Positions 37,636-55,870 of a stretch of 64,000 nucleotides of DNA are shown piece after piece. The notes under the pieces were generated by a model, which was given only the letters and a program-made list of their open reading frames with translations, was not told the DNA's origin and did not search any database. Numbering within the stretch: position 1 is the stretch's first letter; each line of letters opens with the position of its first letter. The stretch is from the human T2T-CHM13v2.0 reference genome, Homo sapiens, in NCBI RefSeq assembly GCF_009914755.1, contig NC_060926.1; one strand, 5' to 3'. Made by a program: the position numbers and the translations under genes.

Positions 37636-38415
37636 AGAAGAACCATGGAGGGGTAGATGGAGGGGTGTGGGGAAGGTGTTAAGAGTTGAATGCAGCCAGA
37701 TCTGTGAATTTAAGTGTAATGATGATGAAAAATTTTCCCCTTCCAAAGAGTAACATAGGGTGAGAACTTGGTAAGCTTTTCCCTCAAACTCAACTTTTTC
37801 TTTTTTCTGCCCCTAGCCCCCCACCAACCACCCAAAAAAGAGCTTGGATTTACCAGGAAATGACATTTAAACCAGCATTAATTTTACTCTTCTCGTCATA
37901 GCTAATGCCATCAGGCTTTGTGTGAATACTTTGCACCCCTTTTGGTTTGACACAAAGAGTGCTATAATTTTATGCTTTATACATTTATGTTGTCTAACAG
38001 ACTAGATCTGCTACCTAACAGAGCAATCTGCATGTGACATTAAACTTCCAGAGGAAGCCACTATCCTACTCTTGGAGAATGAGTCACAGCTTAATGGGAG
38101 AGGTAGGGATGGAGGTGCTTTTATGTGTCTTCAGTATTCAACTTACTCTTCTCTTTGAGGTATTCAAGGAAGCCAGGCCCACTCTGGAGAAGGAAAGGGT
38201 AACAGCCTCTTAGAAATGGGCCACAGGCTTTATGCCTGTAAAAGATACATCATGACACCTTTTCAATTGGTTACCTAACTGATCTCTCAGCAGTATAGCA
38301 GAGGGAGAGGATGTAAACATCTCTAGTTAGAGGATGAGATAGTTAAGGACTAATAAAGTAAAATAACTTTATGAGAAGGGTATAAATTTGAGTGCCATTA
38401 TCAGAATGCTGTAGT

Positions 38416-41672
<3,257 letters not shown>

Positions 41673-44600
41673 TCAGAATGCTGTAGTCTAAAGCATCCCT
41701 TCTACCAATGCTTTCTAGGCAGCAACATAAAAATATCTTTCTATGTTTCTGAAACTGTTAGGTTGTCTTTCAAATATAGTGAAGTTTTTGTGCTCAAAAT
41801 CTAAACTCAGTTTTAAATGAACACTTACAAGATTGTTGCAGACATTCTCCAGGCATCCACAGGCTTGCTTGTATTAAAAATTGCTTTATACAAATAAATA
41901 ATTGGAGTATTGAGGAGAGCTATTGATGGTCTTGGTTTTTTACTCTCACAGCTAGCTCCTTTTAATTTTCATTGTGGAATAATGCAGTATTTCTCAAATA
42001 AATAAGACCTCCTTCAGTGTTGTGAGTATCTATGCTGGTCTTTAATAACTGGCATAGGTGGTTGATGGCAAGAGGCCTTTAGGCACATACCTAACAAGGC
42101 CTTTAGGCTTTCATTGTTACCTAATCCCACAAGATCTGTCATGTTTTATTGGCTTCTCTGGTTAGTCATTGTATGGTTTGGCACTATAGTAAAATTTCAC
42201 ATTTTTGGAAACAATAGTGTGAACAAAGATCAGAGTTTTTTTTTTTCTGTTATGTGTTATTCAATTTGCTCTGATGCTTTTTTAAAAAAAAACTTATTCA
42301 GCCAATTATATACTCTCTCCTATAGTAGCCCAATCTTTTGATCAGGGGTATTAGATTCATGACTTGTATTTGAGGACTTTGTGGATAGGGAAAGGTGTGA
42401 TTGCACTCGTGGAGAAATAAAGATTGAGCTAGTAGCTTGGAAGAGAAGAAACGGGTATTTATTATAGTGGAGGCAGATAATTCATTAGAATAATGGCAAG
42501 TCTATAACATGCTGTAGCTAGCTGTGCCTGTGTGTTTGTGTGTGTATGTGTCTGTGTGTATTGTGTTACATACCCTATTAATTCTTTAGTATGTAGTCTG
42601 TAGGCACTGGTACAGTGGTACTGGCAAAGCATTTAGAATACTATAGGCCCTTAGTAAACGTTAGGAAACCCAACTTAGAATTTTTTTAAATGTAAAGTTT
42701 TCTTTTCTAGGTAGGCAGTCAAAGGCTTTTTTCCCCTCCATTCTTAAGAAAGGATTACTAAAAAGAAAACTTCTCAGAATATCGGTCCTTTGTTTTCTAG
42801 TTCTCTCTAACTTTAGGTAAGAACATTTGAAGTTCAATTTTGAAATTTAAAAATGTTTTAATTTAGCATCTATTATGTACCAATCAATGTATAATTACAC
42901 TGAAACACAGAGAACACTGTCCTCTGATTTCCCAAAACTTACCATCTTAGTACTGGAAAATATAGGTTTTTTTAAAATATTCTAGAGCATATTTAAAATT
43001 TAAGCTTGTGTTGTAAATTTTAGATCCAAATCTTTTGTTATCTGGGCAGATTTTATCTTTATAGAAAAGGGATAGATGCGAATCCAGTGATCCTGCTTCT
43101 TGTTTTGTCAATAAACAACTATAGTTTTTGTACCTAATTATCTCTTCTTAGTTAGCTATTATTTATTGATTCTTTTTTCTTTCTGGGCCATGAACAAAAA
43201 TGAATGTGGCTTATTGTGACACTAATGTTTTATTTCCTGTGGTTTTTAACAAAGTAGCTCCAATACCAAACAGAAGAAGCTGCAGCATCTTGCCAGAACT
43301 TGGGAACAGCAAACTTATTAAATCCCAAGGAATGAGCTCTTGAAAACTTTACCAGTGTTTGCTATTTCACGGAGCTATTCTGGACCTCAGCTGCCATTGA
43401 CAGCTGTGAAACTGGCAGCTCAGAGACACAAGAAAGATGTATCATTTATCTCAACTTAGCCATATTTTCTAGAGTCTAGGAAGCAACTCAAATGTTTCTC
43501 AGCGGGTTAACCTGAAGGTTTTTCTCAGTTGCCTTGAGGGTTCTCAGTGAAGACAGCTTGCTGATTTGTACATAAATCATAATTTTCTAGAAATCATGGC
43601 TAATTCCAAGCTCTATTAGGATGTCTGGACAGTAGCTGAACAGCCTTTTGGCAGGAAGTACTAGGAGGGAGACGGGGATGCAGAGTGCAATTCCATATCA
43701 TCACTCAATAGAAGTTTAGAAGGTGAGGAAAGTATATGGAGGTTAGTTGTTGATGTGTTAATGCTCATAGCTATACATTTAGGATGGGTCTTTATATTCA
43801 GTCTAAATTCATCTTCAAATATCTGTTTAGGATGGGTAATGGGTGAACGTATCTTTCAAAATCTAAGCAGAGATCTAAGTGCTGCCCCCTTTTTTCTAGA
43901 AACCACCAGGAAAATACATTTCTAGTCTTATGTATTCTCTTCAGTTTGCTAATTGCATTCTGATTTGTCACTGAATTTGTCATGAATTGATTTCTGTATC
44001 TCCATCTGAACACTACTGGGATTTTACAAGTTTATGACTATTCCATCTCCTTCCCAAAAGAATTTAAGGGAGCTTATAAAAATATAACCAATAATTTTTT
44101 GTAACTTTAAGGCTCATGTTCCAAATGCAAAAAGTCCTTAAGATTTACTTTTAAATAATTATGGCAAACGTGAACTAACCAGAAGTAACAGGTAAGCAGC
44201 AAAAATAAATTTTACTTCATGTGATTTTCCCTGGTCTTATCATCACAGTAATAACTAAGAAGAGTCTGCCACCTAAAACTGGGCAGAGCTGCTGGGCTAG
44301 CCAAAGTCAGTACCACACGCCCAGGAGTGTTGTCAGAACGCTCTTGCTTTCATCACCCTTGGGTGTTCATGGAGGAGGGATGACACTAAGAGGAATGCAG
44401 CCAAACAGTAATTGTTAGGTGGCACCTTCTGCTGGGAAATAAGATAATTAAGTAATTGCCTTCATTTCATACCACCACTTACGGATACCATGGCCTATCT
44501 TTGGGAAAAATAATAACCCTTAAACTGGACCAAGCCCATACTTTATAACATATAATTTTCAGGGCTCTGCATTGTTTAGCATTTGAGATTGCTGTTTGGA

Positions 44601-45450
44601 TACATTTCAAAGGAACACAGACAAGTTGGCTAACCAAGTTAACCTGGCTAACCTGAACCAGCTAACCTGGACCTCTTCAGAAAGTGATTATCCAGGCTGA
44701 ATCTTTCAGGATCTCGTCTTCCCCCTCCTATTTCCCTCTCCATCATATTACTGTGTTCATACCTTATTGGTGCTGACAGCAGAAATGTTGGCTGAAACTG
44801 TCAGGAAAAGCACAGTCAGTCCAAATTGAAGGACATTAGGCATGTAGATGAAAGATTTGGTGGGAAATGAAATATGGTTTTAAATGAATTTTAAGTAAGT
44901 TTTCAGATCCATAATATCTTGGATTAAGAAAAAAAAGTACCTTTTTATGTTCTTCTCAACTATAAATGTGTGCAAGTGAATCCCATTTTTTACAATCAGT
45001 TAGCAAATACCGTCTTTCCCCATTGGTTTCCCCATAGTATTGTCACAGATTTACACTTCTCCAAAGAAGAGTTTTACTACTTGCTTTCTTCCCATTTGCT
45101 TCTCTGCCCTCTTCAGGAAGTCACCTGACTTCCTCTTCTATCATTCTGATAGCATAATTCTCCCCAGGGTCACTAAATGCCTTCTTAATTGCCAAATCCA
45201 TTGGATGTTTTCAGTCCTTATCTTGCTGGGCCTCTGCTGCATTTGGTGCTATGGATCATTCTTTATTTTTTGAAGCTTCCTTTTCTCTTAATATTTGCTA
45301 AACTGCAGCCCTCTAGCTATTCTTGTATCATTCTGACCATCCTTTTCCAGAAACCTCTTCTTCTACCCATAATATAAATGTTGCCATACTCTTGGGTCAC
45401 ATCTTCCATATACCGCTCTTCTCATTCCAGATGCTTCATCTGAGTAAAAT

Positions 45451-45809
45451 TGTTATGATCTGAATGTTTGTGTTCTCTCCAAGTTCATGTGTTGAAACCT
45501 AATCTCCAATGCGATGGTATTAGAAGGCAGGGCCTTTGGGAGATGATTACATCAAGAAGGCTCCTCCCTCATGAATGGAATTAGTGCCTTTATAAGAGGT
45601 CCCAAAGAGCTACCTTGCCCCTTTGTCCATGTGAGAACATAGCTAGAACGTGCTGTCTGTGAGGAACAGGCCTTCACGAGAAACTGAATCTGCTGGTGCT
45701 TTGATCTTGGACTTCCCAGCTTCCAGAGCTGTGAGGAATAAATATTTTTTGCTTATAAGCCACCCAAGTTATGGTATTTTTGTTATAGCAACCAAAACAG
45801 ATTAAGATA
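45451..45809 (+). mobile_element. MLT1A-type MaLR solo LTR
   Basis: TGTTATGATCTGAATGTTTGTG...GGACTTCCCAGC...AATAAA...GATTAAGATA; 5-bp TSD AAAAT. Confidence 0.88.
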
Positions 45810-46032
45810 AAAATCTCTTGTGATTGAACTCATACCTGCTTGCTAATGACTACCATACATATATATGCACGTATATTTGGGGGGGTGTGTGTGTTCAGTC
45901 TCTTCTTCAAGTTTTAAATTTTTACATCTATTTTCTATTGGTCATTGTCACCTAGATAGCTCACTGGCCTCTCAAGTGGAACTGACTGTGTTGAATTTCA
46001 TCTTTCCTCTTCCATTGGCTCCTCTTAGAGTA

Positions 46033-46753
46033 TAGTAGTTCCCCTTTATCCGTGGGGGATGCATTCCAAGACCCCCAGTAAATACCAAAAACCTCTGGTA
46101 GAACCAAGTCCCATTGTCCTCATTTAGAACATGTTTTTCCTCATGCCTTCCACCCACAAATTTAATGCCTTTTCTTTCATAACTAAGTACTTATCATGCA
46201 CTTTGACTATGACTTTTGCAGTTTGAGGTGTGACAGCAAAACTAGCACAGATTTCTTTTTCTTGCTTCAAAATCTCATAGGTAGAAGATTCACTCTTACT
46301 ATACATCTTAGCAACCTCAGCATATGATTTTTTTTCTTTCCTTATTAAGTGGAGAACTTTTACTTTTTTAGTTAAAGGAAGCACTTTATAGCTTCTCTTT
46401 GGCATTTCCATGTTGCCGGCATCACTACTCTTGTGCTTTGGGGCCACTATTAAGTAAAATAAGAGTGACTTAGGCACAATCGCAGCAAATTGCTATGGCT
46501 GATCTGATATACAAGACAGCTACTAGGATGCATAACATCTACAGTGTGGATATGATGGACAAAGGGATGATTCATGTCACGGGTGGGGTGGAGTGGGATG
46601 GTATGAGATTTCATCATACTACTCAGAATGGCATGCAATTTAAAACTTATGAATTGTTTATTTCTGGAATATTCCATTTAATATTTTCAGACCACAGTTG
46701 ACTGCAGGTAACTGAAACCACAGAAAGCGAAACTGGATAAGGGGGAACTACTG
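46033..46753 (-). mobile_element. MER44 (Tigger7-derived DNA transposon)
   Basis: TIRs (T)AGTAGTTCCCCTTTATCC / GGATAAGGGGGAACTACTG. ORF 46124..46477(-) encodes a Tigger N-terminal HTH-like remnant. Confidence 0.88.
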
Positions 46754-47157
46754 CATTCTCTTTCCTTTGTTGACTGCACCAAACTTTCAATTACTCAAAT
46801 GAAAAATCCGGAAGTTTGTTTTACACCTCTTACCCTATCAGTTGTCTTGCCTGGCTAGATTTGTCTCCAAATCCATCTTGAGTGAATTCCTTTTCTCCAT
46901 TCCTACTACCACAACCTTAGTTAGGATCTTTGTCATCTCTTGCTTACATTAATGTAAGTTTTCTAACTGTTCTTGCTCCTCTAGCCTTTCTACTCAAATG
47001 TATCCTCCACAAGACTATCTGAAAGCTCTAATGAAAATAGAAATTTGGCCCATTTTGCTCCCTTGTTTAAATGTCTTCAACAGCTATTCATCGTCTATAC
47101 TGTCTTACGGATCCTCTACAGAGCACTTAAAATTCTTTATATGAAAATAGGCTTCTA

Positions 47158-47621
<464 letters not shown>

Positions 47622-48768
47622 TCTGGTCTCATATTGTTGGAATGGTCTTTCCTGCCTAATTTACCAGCAGCTAACTCCTACTCATGCTTTAAGGCTTAGA
47701 TCTGGTATTACATCTGCCAAGAATTTTCTGAAACCTTCCAAGTAAGATTCACAAGTGATATGGTGCTGTATAGCATTAAAATTATAAATTTTAAATTCAC
47801 CTCTAGCATTAAACTATAGACTCTGAAGTCAGACAGTTTCATATTAGCATATTCCACATGGCTTCCATAGTACATTGCATACAATAGGCACTCAGTGAAT
47901 GTTGGATGACTGCACAATAGTTAAGTGTTGATTAAATATTGGTATGTGCCTTACCTAATACTCTTGGGTACCAGTATCTATTGATTTATGATTGCTAGAT
48001 CTTTCATGTCTTATAGTTTCTTCCCAAGTGCTATGTATTTAAGATTTCTTAACAATTATATTACTTTTACAGAAATTTTATAATAATAGTTCTTGTAAGT
48101 TTTAACTCCTCAGATAGCTAACTCCTTCAGAGGCTTTAATTTATATTTTTATAAAACAGTTATATGTTCTCTGCCAACACCTACAGGTTTTTCTGGAAAC
48201 CGCTGTAAAAAAGGAAAGCAACTTCAACACGCATTTCTAACTCATTGATATGCCAAGTTCCTTTTGGAATGATAAGTTGCCAAGGACCAAAGCACTGTGA
48301 CTTGTCATCCCCAGTGAATGAGAGGAAGAGGTGGTGTGGAAAGAACATCCTGTTGTGCAGAACCTCAGTAACTAAAGTGTTGTCATCTCACATTATTTTT
48401 TTTTGTCATTAGTGCATCTGTTTAATCTTATACTGCCCCTGATACTACATGGTTGACTTAGATAACTAAAATCCAGATGATCCAAACAAGCTGGAGCAAA
48501 AGAAAAGCAGTACAGTTTGAGCGAATTCCTTACTTCACAGTCCTAAGTGGTAATAGTAGCGCACGAGACAGTTCTGAGTCTCACAAGCCCCATCTTCCAG
48601 CTCCTGAAGATCTTGGAATGTTATAATGCCAATCCCAATGACTTTGCCTTAGCTCACCTATCAGACCCATGGCATTACCAGAAACAATATAGTTCTATTT
48701 TAGAAAAATACATAGTTTGAGAATATCAAGCACTATAGAAGCAAGTTTTCATTAATAACAATACTTGA

Positions 48769-49082
<314 letters not shown>

Positions 49083-49139
49083 CTTTTTATTAAAAAAACC
49101 CACAATATTTGCTTTCTATAAAAAATAGTTCTACTAGTT

Positions 49140-49360
49140 GAGTGTGTACTATTTCAAGCATGCGGTACTTGCTGTACATGTTCTCTTGCTTAATCTATAC
49201 ATTAATATTCTGAAATAATATCCAATTTTAATACATGTAAACCAAAGCTCAGAGGGAATAAGTACTTTGCTTAAGGTTATATGGTTGGTAAGTACCTGAA
49301 CTGAGATGAAAATGTAAGTCAGTTTTTGTCTCGATTTAAGTATTCTAAAACTCATTGTTC
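49140..49360 (-). mobile_element. MIR
   Basis: AAAGCTCAGAGGG...ACTTTGCTTAAGGTTATATGGTTGGTAAGT. Confidence 0.6.
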
Positions 49361-52300
49361 TTTTTGCTAAAATATAGCTCAGTTTTACTCTTACAGTACT
49401 GTTGGATATTTTTTTATCTTTAAGTAACTATACATTGAAAGTATTGAATATTTCATTTCAAATTCTTGAGGGAAGGGTACATTTATTACTGTCAGTCTCA
49501 AATGCAAGAACTTGACAAATGTTAGCCATAATTAAGTGTTAGCATTTGCTATGTATTTTAAAGTACAAATGACAGTGCTAAGCACTTTCATTCACAAGGA
49601 AGGATGCGAAATATCTCTTGCTTTCATGGGTCATATAACCTGTTTGGTTAGTCAGTCCCTGTATTTGTGATGACAGCTTAGCAAATTGATAGTGCTTATC
49701 TTTATGGCTCTTTAGTTGAACTTGATTTTGATCTATTGAAATGGAAGTATTGGAAGTACTAACTTCACATTACTTACACACTCACAAAATATGAGTTTAT
49801 CAAACATGAGAAAAATTATTTAAAGAAACGATAACACTGGCCTTTAAGCCCATTTGAAGTTCTGTACTTTTTCGTAGTCTGCAGGAAACTTACATCTTCA
49901 GAAACTCACTCAGAAGCATTCTTGAGTTATGAGACAAATCATTAATAATTAGGAACTCTAACATGAAGTTTCCAAATCCTTGAAATCTTCCTAAGGAAAG
50001 GAGATATACACCCTTAATATGAAATTGAACCTTTTGTTTCTTTTCTAATAAGGGCAGGGCTGATTTTATCTTATTTGAAAAAATATTTTGATTTTGTCAT
50101 TTTATTTTAATAAAAACATCTAGCTGAATTCCTTCTTTGCTGTTTTCTCAAGTTTATCTTGGCTAGATGAAATTCTCTTTCCTGATGTTAGATTAAAATG
50201 TAAAATGTGGTTAATTGCACTTTCCTGCATACTATCATCTTTAAAAATTAAGTTAGAGAAGGTGAGAAATGGGCTTATACCTTCACCTTTCCTTTAAAAA
50301 TAAAACAGATGTTAATTATTATGTGGACATACCATATTATAAAGTTATACCATAGAGTCATAGTTTCCCAGAAGTATGTCAATATTATATTTTAAATTGC
50401 AAAGAAAAGATTATATCAGCATAATAGTTAGATCCAATGAACTGAGAGACACAATTTTATGGGATAGCTATTAATGAGTTGCACAGTTCAAATACAACTT
50501 CTGAGTTCACTTAAATCTAGCTGTGCTATGTAAAAAGACAAAGGAGGCAGTGAGAGCTTAGCTGGGTTTCAAACCCATAAAGCTGGCTCTGAACAGCATG
50601 AGTCACTCAGAGATAAAGGCATTCAGTGATTTACTTGAATCCATTCGGTGCCAGCCTGGAAAAGATTTGGGAAATTAGCAGTGTCCTCACTTTTTTGATG
50701 GCGTGGCTAAAGAAAGGCTAATTCATGAAAAGGAGAAACCCTTTTCATTTGACATTGGATTTCCTCCTAGCTCAAACACAAATGGCATTACTAATAACAC
50801 AATGTGCTGGGAGACTAGCAGGATATTGTGTCCCTTTAAGAATAGGCTACCATCTTGAGCATAATAACTAACTGGTGACCTGGGTAATTTTGAATCCATA
50901 AACAATTTCATTTGACAGATTATCCCTTCTTGCTTAAAAAAAAAAAAGACATCAATAAGAGTTCACTAATTTCCCAAGCAGCTGTGATTTGTAATGAACT
51001 TGACAGTTTCCATTTTTACTCTGTGAATGATTTCTTGGCCTGGTTAGAACGTTTGATTCAGGTACATGCAGATTCTTTGTGGAACATTAGACTGATAAAC
51101 TATGCTTACAATGAGAAAGTACATTATCTGCCATCTTTTCTCTTTGAAGATGTTGACAGTCTGACCATAATTTGACCATTAGCATAACTGAGAAATTGGG
51201 CTATGTTAAGTTAACCACAAACTCATCATCATGACCCTAGATGGTATTTGAGTCTCCTCCCCAAAGACAGCACTGCCTCTTCTGAATTCAGGAAAGATGT
51301 CAGAGCTCATTTCCGGTTCATCAAGGCCCACACAGGGTCTCCTTGTCAGTGGGTGGAATGATATAGAATGTATGCTGGGACCTTCCCAGAGATGGAATGA
51401 AAGAAACAGGAAACAGTTACTTAATGCTAAGAGCTTGTCAACCCCAGACTTCAGGAAAGACCAGAAGGTGATCAATCATACTTTGACCTGAATGCATGTT
51501 TTGTCACATTATATCTGTAGGAGCTGCAGCCATGCTTTATGTCTTCCTGTTGGCTTCCTTATTCAGAAAGCACCAACCTAGGGTTGATGGCTGTTCTTGC
51601 CCTCCAAGGTCACTTCATGGCTGAAACTTGAATGGGTTTCATTGTATCTTTAAGAGCAGCTCTTTCCTCAGTTTTCTAGTTACTAGCCTTGACAACCTGG
51701 AAAGAGTGTTTTACTTATCCTCCTTAATGTCCTCTGCACACGCAGATGATTTGCAGGGAGTATGATTCTACTTCTGGCCTTGGTTTCCCTCCCACCTAAA
51801 GTTTCTCTCTCTGTAATTGGCACAGTCTCCTGATACATGGATTGGAGTTAAACTTATTTTAAAACCTGATTTCTGCTAATGTGCATATATCATCCCTAGT
51901 TCAATAATAAACCTTTTTTGTTGTTGCTCCTAGCATAATTTGTAAATTACTTCCCAGAGCCGCCTTTACTAAATGTCTGTGACCTTATTGTCAAGAAAGG
52001 CTTGACAAGCAGAAGCTGCTGCCTGGGGGCTGGAATGTCCCACTTCCTGTTCTTTCTCTCCAAGCTGCAGCATTGTATCCAAACAAAAACTGAACTCAGT
52101 GCACATGTGACCCAGAATTAGTTTGAAATGAAACTCTCTGAAGATGAAAAACTTTACACATTAACTCCTTGTTCCACTCCATCTACTTGCAGTGCTAAGA
52201 CCACAAAGAGGGCCTTTTAAAAAGAACCAAAATAAACAAATGGATAGCTCAAGCTGTGGATAGAAAAAACAAGCAAACAGCAGCTGCATATAGCATCAGA

Positions 52301-53750
52301 TTAACTGCTGCTGAGCTCTGACAAAATGGCAAGAATCTAAGACAAAGGAGTAGTACTGTTCAAGTAAATGAACCCATAGCCTTGGACTCTACTCAATCCC
52401 AGGAGGGTATTTTAGTGTAAAGGAAATCAGTTCTTGGACCCAAACCAAGGGTGTTTATGACTAGAAGGAGCAAAAGAATCCTATGTCTTCACTACAAAAG
52501 TACCATTCCTACAGAACCATTTCTTCTGTTATAGAAGCCTGGAAGAACTACCACACCATTCTTCTGTTATAGACACCTGGAACTCATCTTGATGTTTTCC
52601 TTGTAGCCATGACTCTAGTTTTTCTATCAATCATTTACTAAGATACTATAAAGAAAGGGCACAAAGCTAGATATTAAACTGGAGGTTTGCTTTCCTTCCT
52701 TTAGGAGATGATTTAGCAATAAGTCACAATATGAATGGAAACAGGAAATCACCAGCCAATCACCAAGGTGGCTTCCTTTAAGATGACAGATATAAGGAAA
52801 GAAAGCTCAATTTTTAAAGAGGAGTTGCCACCCAGGAGAGGGAAGAAGTTGGGAAGAGGGAAGGAGTTGGAAAGATGGTGATCTGGGGTCCATGAGGAGG
52901 TAGTAAGTACCTAGCAGGTGGCTGTGAGCTGTGAGAAGGCTGAGCACCAGGGCTATAAATCCCCTGGGTTCTTGCCAGGCAGGGAATAAAAACCCATGGC
53001 TGAGTATGACACTGTTTGTGGTGGCAGAGGTGGGGGTACCTTTCCCCTAGGAGCCTCTGTGGCAGGGCTCTGCTGTAGTCCTAGTGGTAGCCATTGGAAC
53101 AGTGGGCCTTGCCTGTGCAGGGTTCTGAGGCAACCTTTAGGGCATAGGCAGCACTTCCCCTTTCTTAAGCCCACTCACTCCCTGCCTCCTCCCCAGTGAG
53201 ATCCCTAGAACCCAGCATTCATAAAGACTTTTCATGGCTAATGAGCAACAAAGCAGTGCCCAGCAAGATAAGTACAATACAACCTGAATTTACACTGTTC
53301 AACACCAGTGAGTTAGCCAAAACTTGAAAGAGCTATAACTCACAAGGCATGGCCACCCTGTGGGAGGAATCCACCAGGATGTGCCCACATATCACTGAAG
53401 ATGGGAAGCACTTCCCCACCCTGAATATTTGCTTCCATAGAGTAGGATGCTACCTTGGTTTCTGTGGTTGCTACAGGAGCTGGGGTTTGCTATCAGCTTG
53501 TATCCTTTACTCACAAGTTTCCAAGGCCAAGTTCTTAAGCCACTAGTATCATTCCCTGTTATCAGGGCTTTGACAGAGTCCAAGGTAGGCAATATTCCCT
53601 TTTCCTGGACTCCAACATTTTCCTAAGCATTAACGAATCCCTGGATATGCAATCAGGAAGGAATGGGAGCTCTGGATGAGGGATAGAAAGGACTTCTCTT
53701 GCAGGTGGAGATAATGAGATGTTGCACATCAAGGCAAATTAACTGTACAG

Positions 53751-53845
53751 TGGGGTGATTAACTAACTGAGGGGGTCCTCAGGATATTGAACTTTTAGTG
53801 CTAAAAGGAAAATCCTGGGCAAACCAAGATGAATGGGTTATCTGT
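53751..53845. mobile_element. MER81-like hAT MITE
   Basis: GGGGTGATTAAC...ACTTTTAGTGCTAAAA...CCTGGGCAAACCAAGATGA. Confidence 0.55.
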
Positions 53846-54329
53846 TGCACATCAAACTGTACAAGGGATGCACTTTTTTTTTTTTCTGTATATGGAATAA
53901 AACTTTGAGTTCTGCTCATTTGGAACTTGATTCAAATAGGGGCTGATAAACACATATTTGACAAATTATATAATAAACATATATGTAGCACACAATCAAG
54001 AGGAAAAAAATCAAAGTTTTCTGCAAGCACTTACACATTGACAGAGATCTGTCAATGTAACAGTGTTCTTATGTTATGCTTTAAAGTGAGATTCAAGACT
54101 TTCAACTGGAAAGTGCTACTCTAAAGTCCTTCTGTATACTGAACAGTAAATTATTAAGTTTGGAGCAAAGGAAAAAAATACAATTTGAGATAACAAACAC
54201 TGTGGAAACTGTGAAATAAATGAGTTTTGTCATTTTCCCCCCAGAATATTTTCTTGCTTTGGCCACTGGAAATGAGGATGTTTCTATCTATATTTTTTCA
54301 CTTATGAAATTTTTCCTTTCTACTCCCAC

Positions 54330-54773
54330 TGTAGTAAGTTGAATAGTGCCCTTCCCAAAATTTATGTCACTTGGAACTTTAAAATATGACCTTATTTAGA
54401 AAGAGACTTTGCAGAGGTAACTAGTTAAAGATGTCAAGATAGAATCATCCTAGGTTTAGGGTGGGCCCTAAGTCCAATGACTGGTGTCCTTATAAGAAGA
54501 GTAAAGGAAACAGAGACACAGGGAGGAATGCTGTGTGAAGATTGAGGCAGAGATTAGAGTTATACAGCTGCAAGCCTAGGAAGGCCTGGGGCCACCTCCT
54601 GTGCTGGAAAGGTCAAGGAACCTTTCTTCCCTACAGACTTCAAAGGGAACTCACCCTGCTGACACCTTGGTTTCAGTATTCTGGCCTCCAGAACTATGAG
54701 AGAATAAATTTCTGTTGTTTTAAGACAAGAAGTCTGTGATAATTTGTTATGGCAGCCCTGGGAAACTAATACA
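54330..54773 (+). mobile_element. MLT1C-type MaLR solo LTR
   Basis: TGTAGTAAGTTGAATAGTG...GGAAACTAATACA. 5-bp TSD CCCAC at 54325-54329 and 54774-54778. Confidence 0.88.
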
Positions 54774-54889
54774 CCCACTAAATAAATGTTGAACAAATGG
54801 TTTGCTATTGTCTGGGTTTTGGTCCAACCCTGTTCTCTGGTTTCTGGCAAGTGCAATAGGGAATAAGTCGTGCACTTTTCATTAGGAAA

Positions 54890-55870
54890 CACTAGCAGAA
54901 AGGAGGTTTGGATGCAAAACGGATTTCAGAATTAGACATATTGAGTTTCAGTTGTCTGTGCCATATGTAAGTGGAGATGTTGAAGTGTCAATCAGATGTA
55001 TCATTATGGATTTCAGAGTCCAGGTTTGGGCTGGGTATATATGTTGAAATTTATCTGCATACAAATGGTACATGAAACACAGAAGTGGTTAAGAGTGCCT
55101 AGGAAGTGAGTGAGAAAAGATGAGCACTTCAAACAGTTCCCCAAGGTGTCCCATCATTCAAAATGGACTAGAGGAGAAAGAGATACTAAAGGAGACTGGG
55201 AGGGAAAAATAGAGAAGACAGAGAAAAGCCAGGAAAGGAAGTGGCATATCAGCCAGAGAAGGGGGCTATTTCAAGAAGAAGAGAACATTCCCCATTTTGA
55301 ATGCTGAGAAGATGTCAGATAAGATCCAGATTGAAACTGGCCATTGGTGTTAGCAACACAAAGGTCACTGGTGACTTAAACAAGAGTAGTTTAGGCAGAG
55401 TGGTATTCAGATTGAAGTAGGTTAAGAAGTATATACATATTTGAAATATTTTAATACATTTTGTAAAAGGAAGAAAGAAATTCAAGATAGCAAGCCTTGC
55501 AAAGTTTGGCTGTGAAGGAGAGCAGGACAGGAGGGTTGTGTGTGTGTTAAGATGAAAAAGACTTAGGCAAGTTTAAATGCTGTTGAAAGGGAATGTTAAG
55601 GGGGAGAGTTAATGAGAGGAAATGAGTTTGAGGATACAGTGAGGGGGAGAGTAGAGATAATAGTGCAAAGTCTATATAGAAGGTGATCACAGATGGGATT
55701 CACAAGACACATGGAGGAATTTGGGCTTAGATAGGAGGGGGAATCCTTTCCTCCCCTGTAACAGCAGGGAAGTTAAAGAGAGGTGAGAGTAGCTGTGGAC
55801 AAGCAGGTCACAGACTTTTTTTGATGGGAGGCCAAGGCTATGTTATCATCTAACGTGTATATTTTCCCAG
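54890..55870 (-). mobile_element. L2 fragment
   Basis: Purine-rich antisense L2 motifs (ATTGAGTTT...; TTAGCAACACAAAGGTCACTGGTGACTT; AGTTTGGCTGTGAAGG). Confidence 0.65.

Noticed and set aside
44628-44672. Repeated GCTAACC(TG) units
   Set aside because: Too short and irregular; no CRISPR-like repeat-spacer architecture
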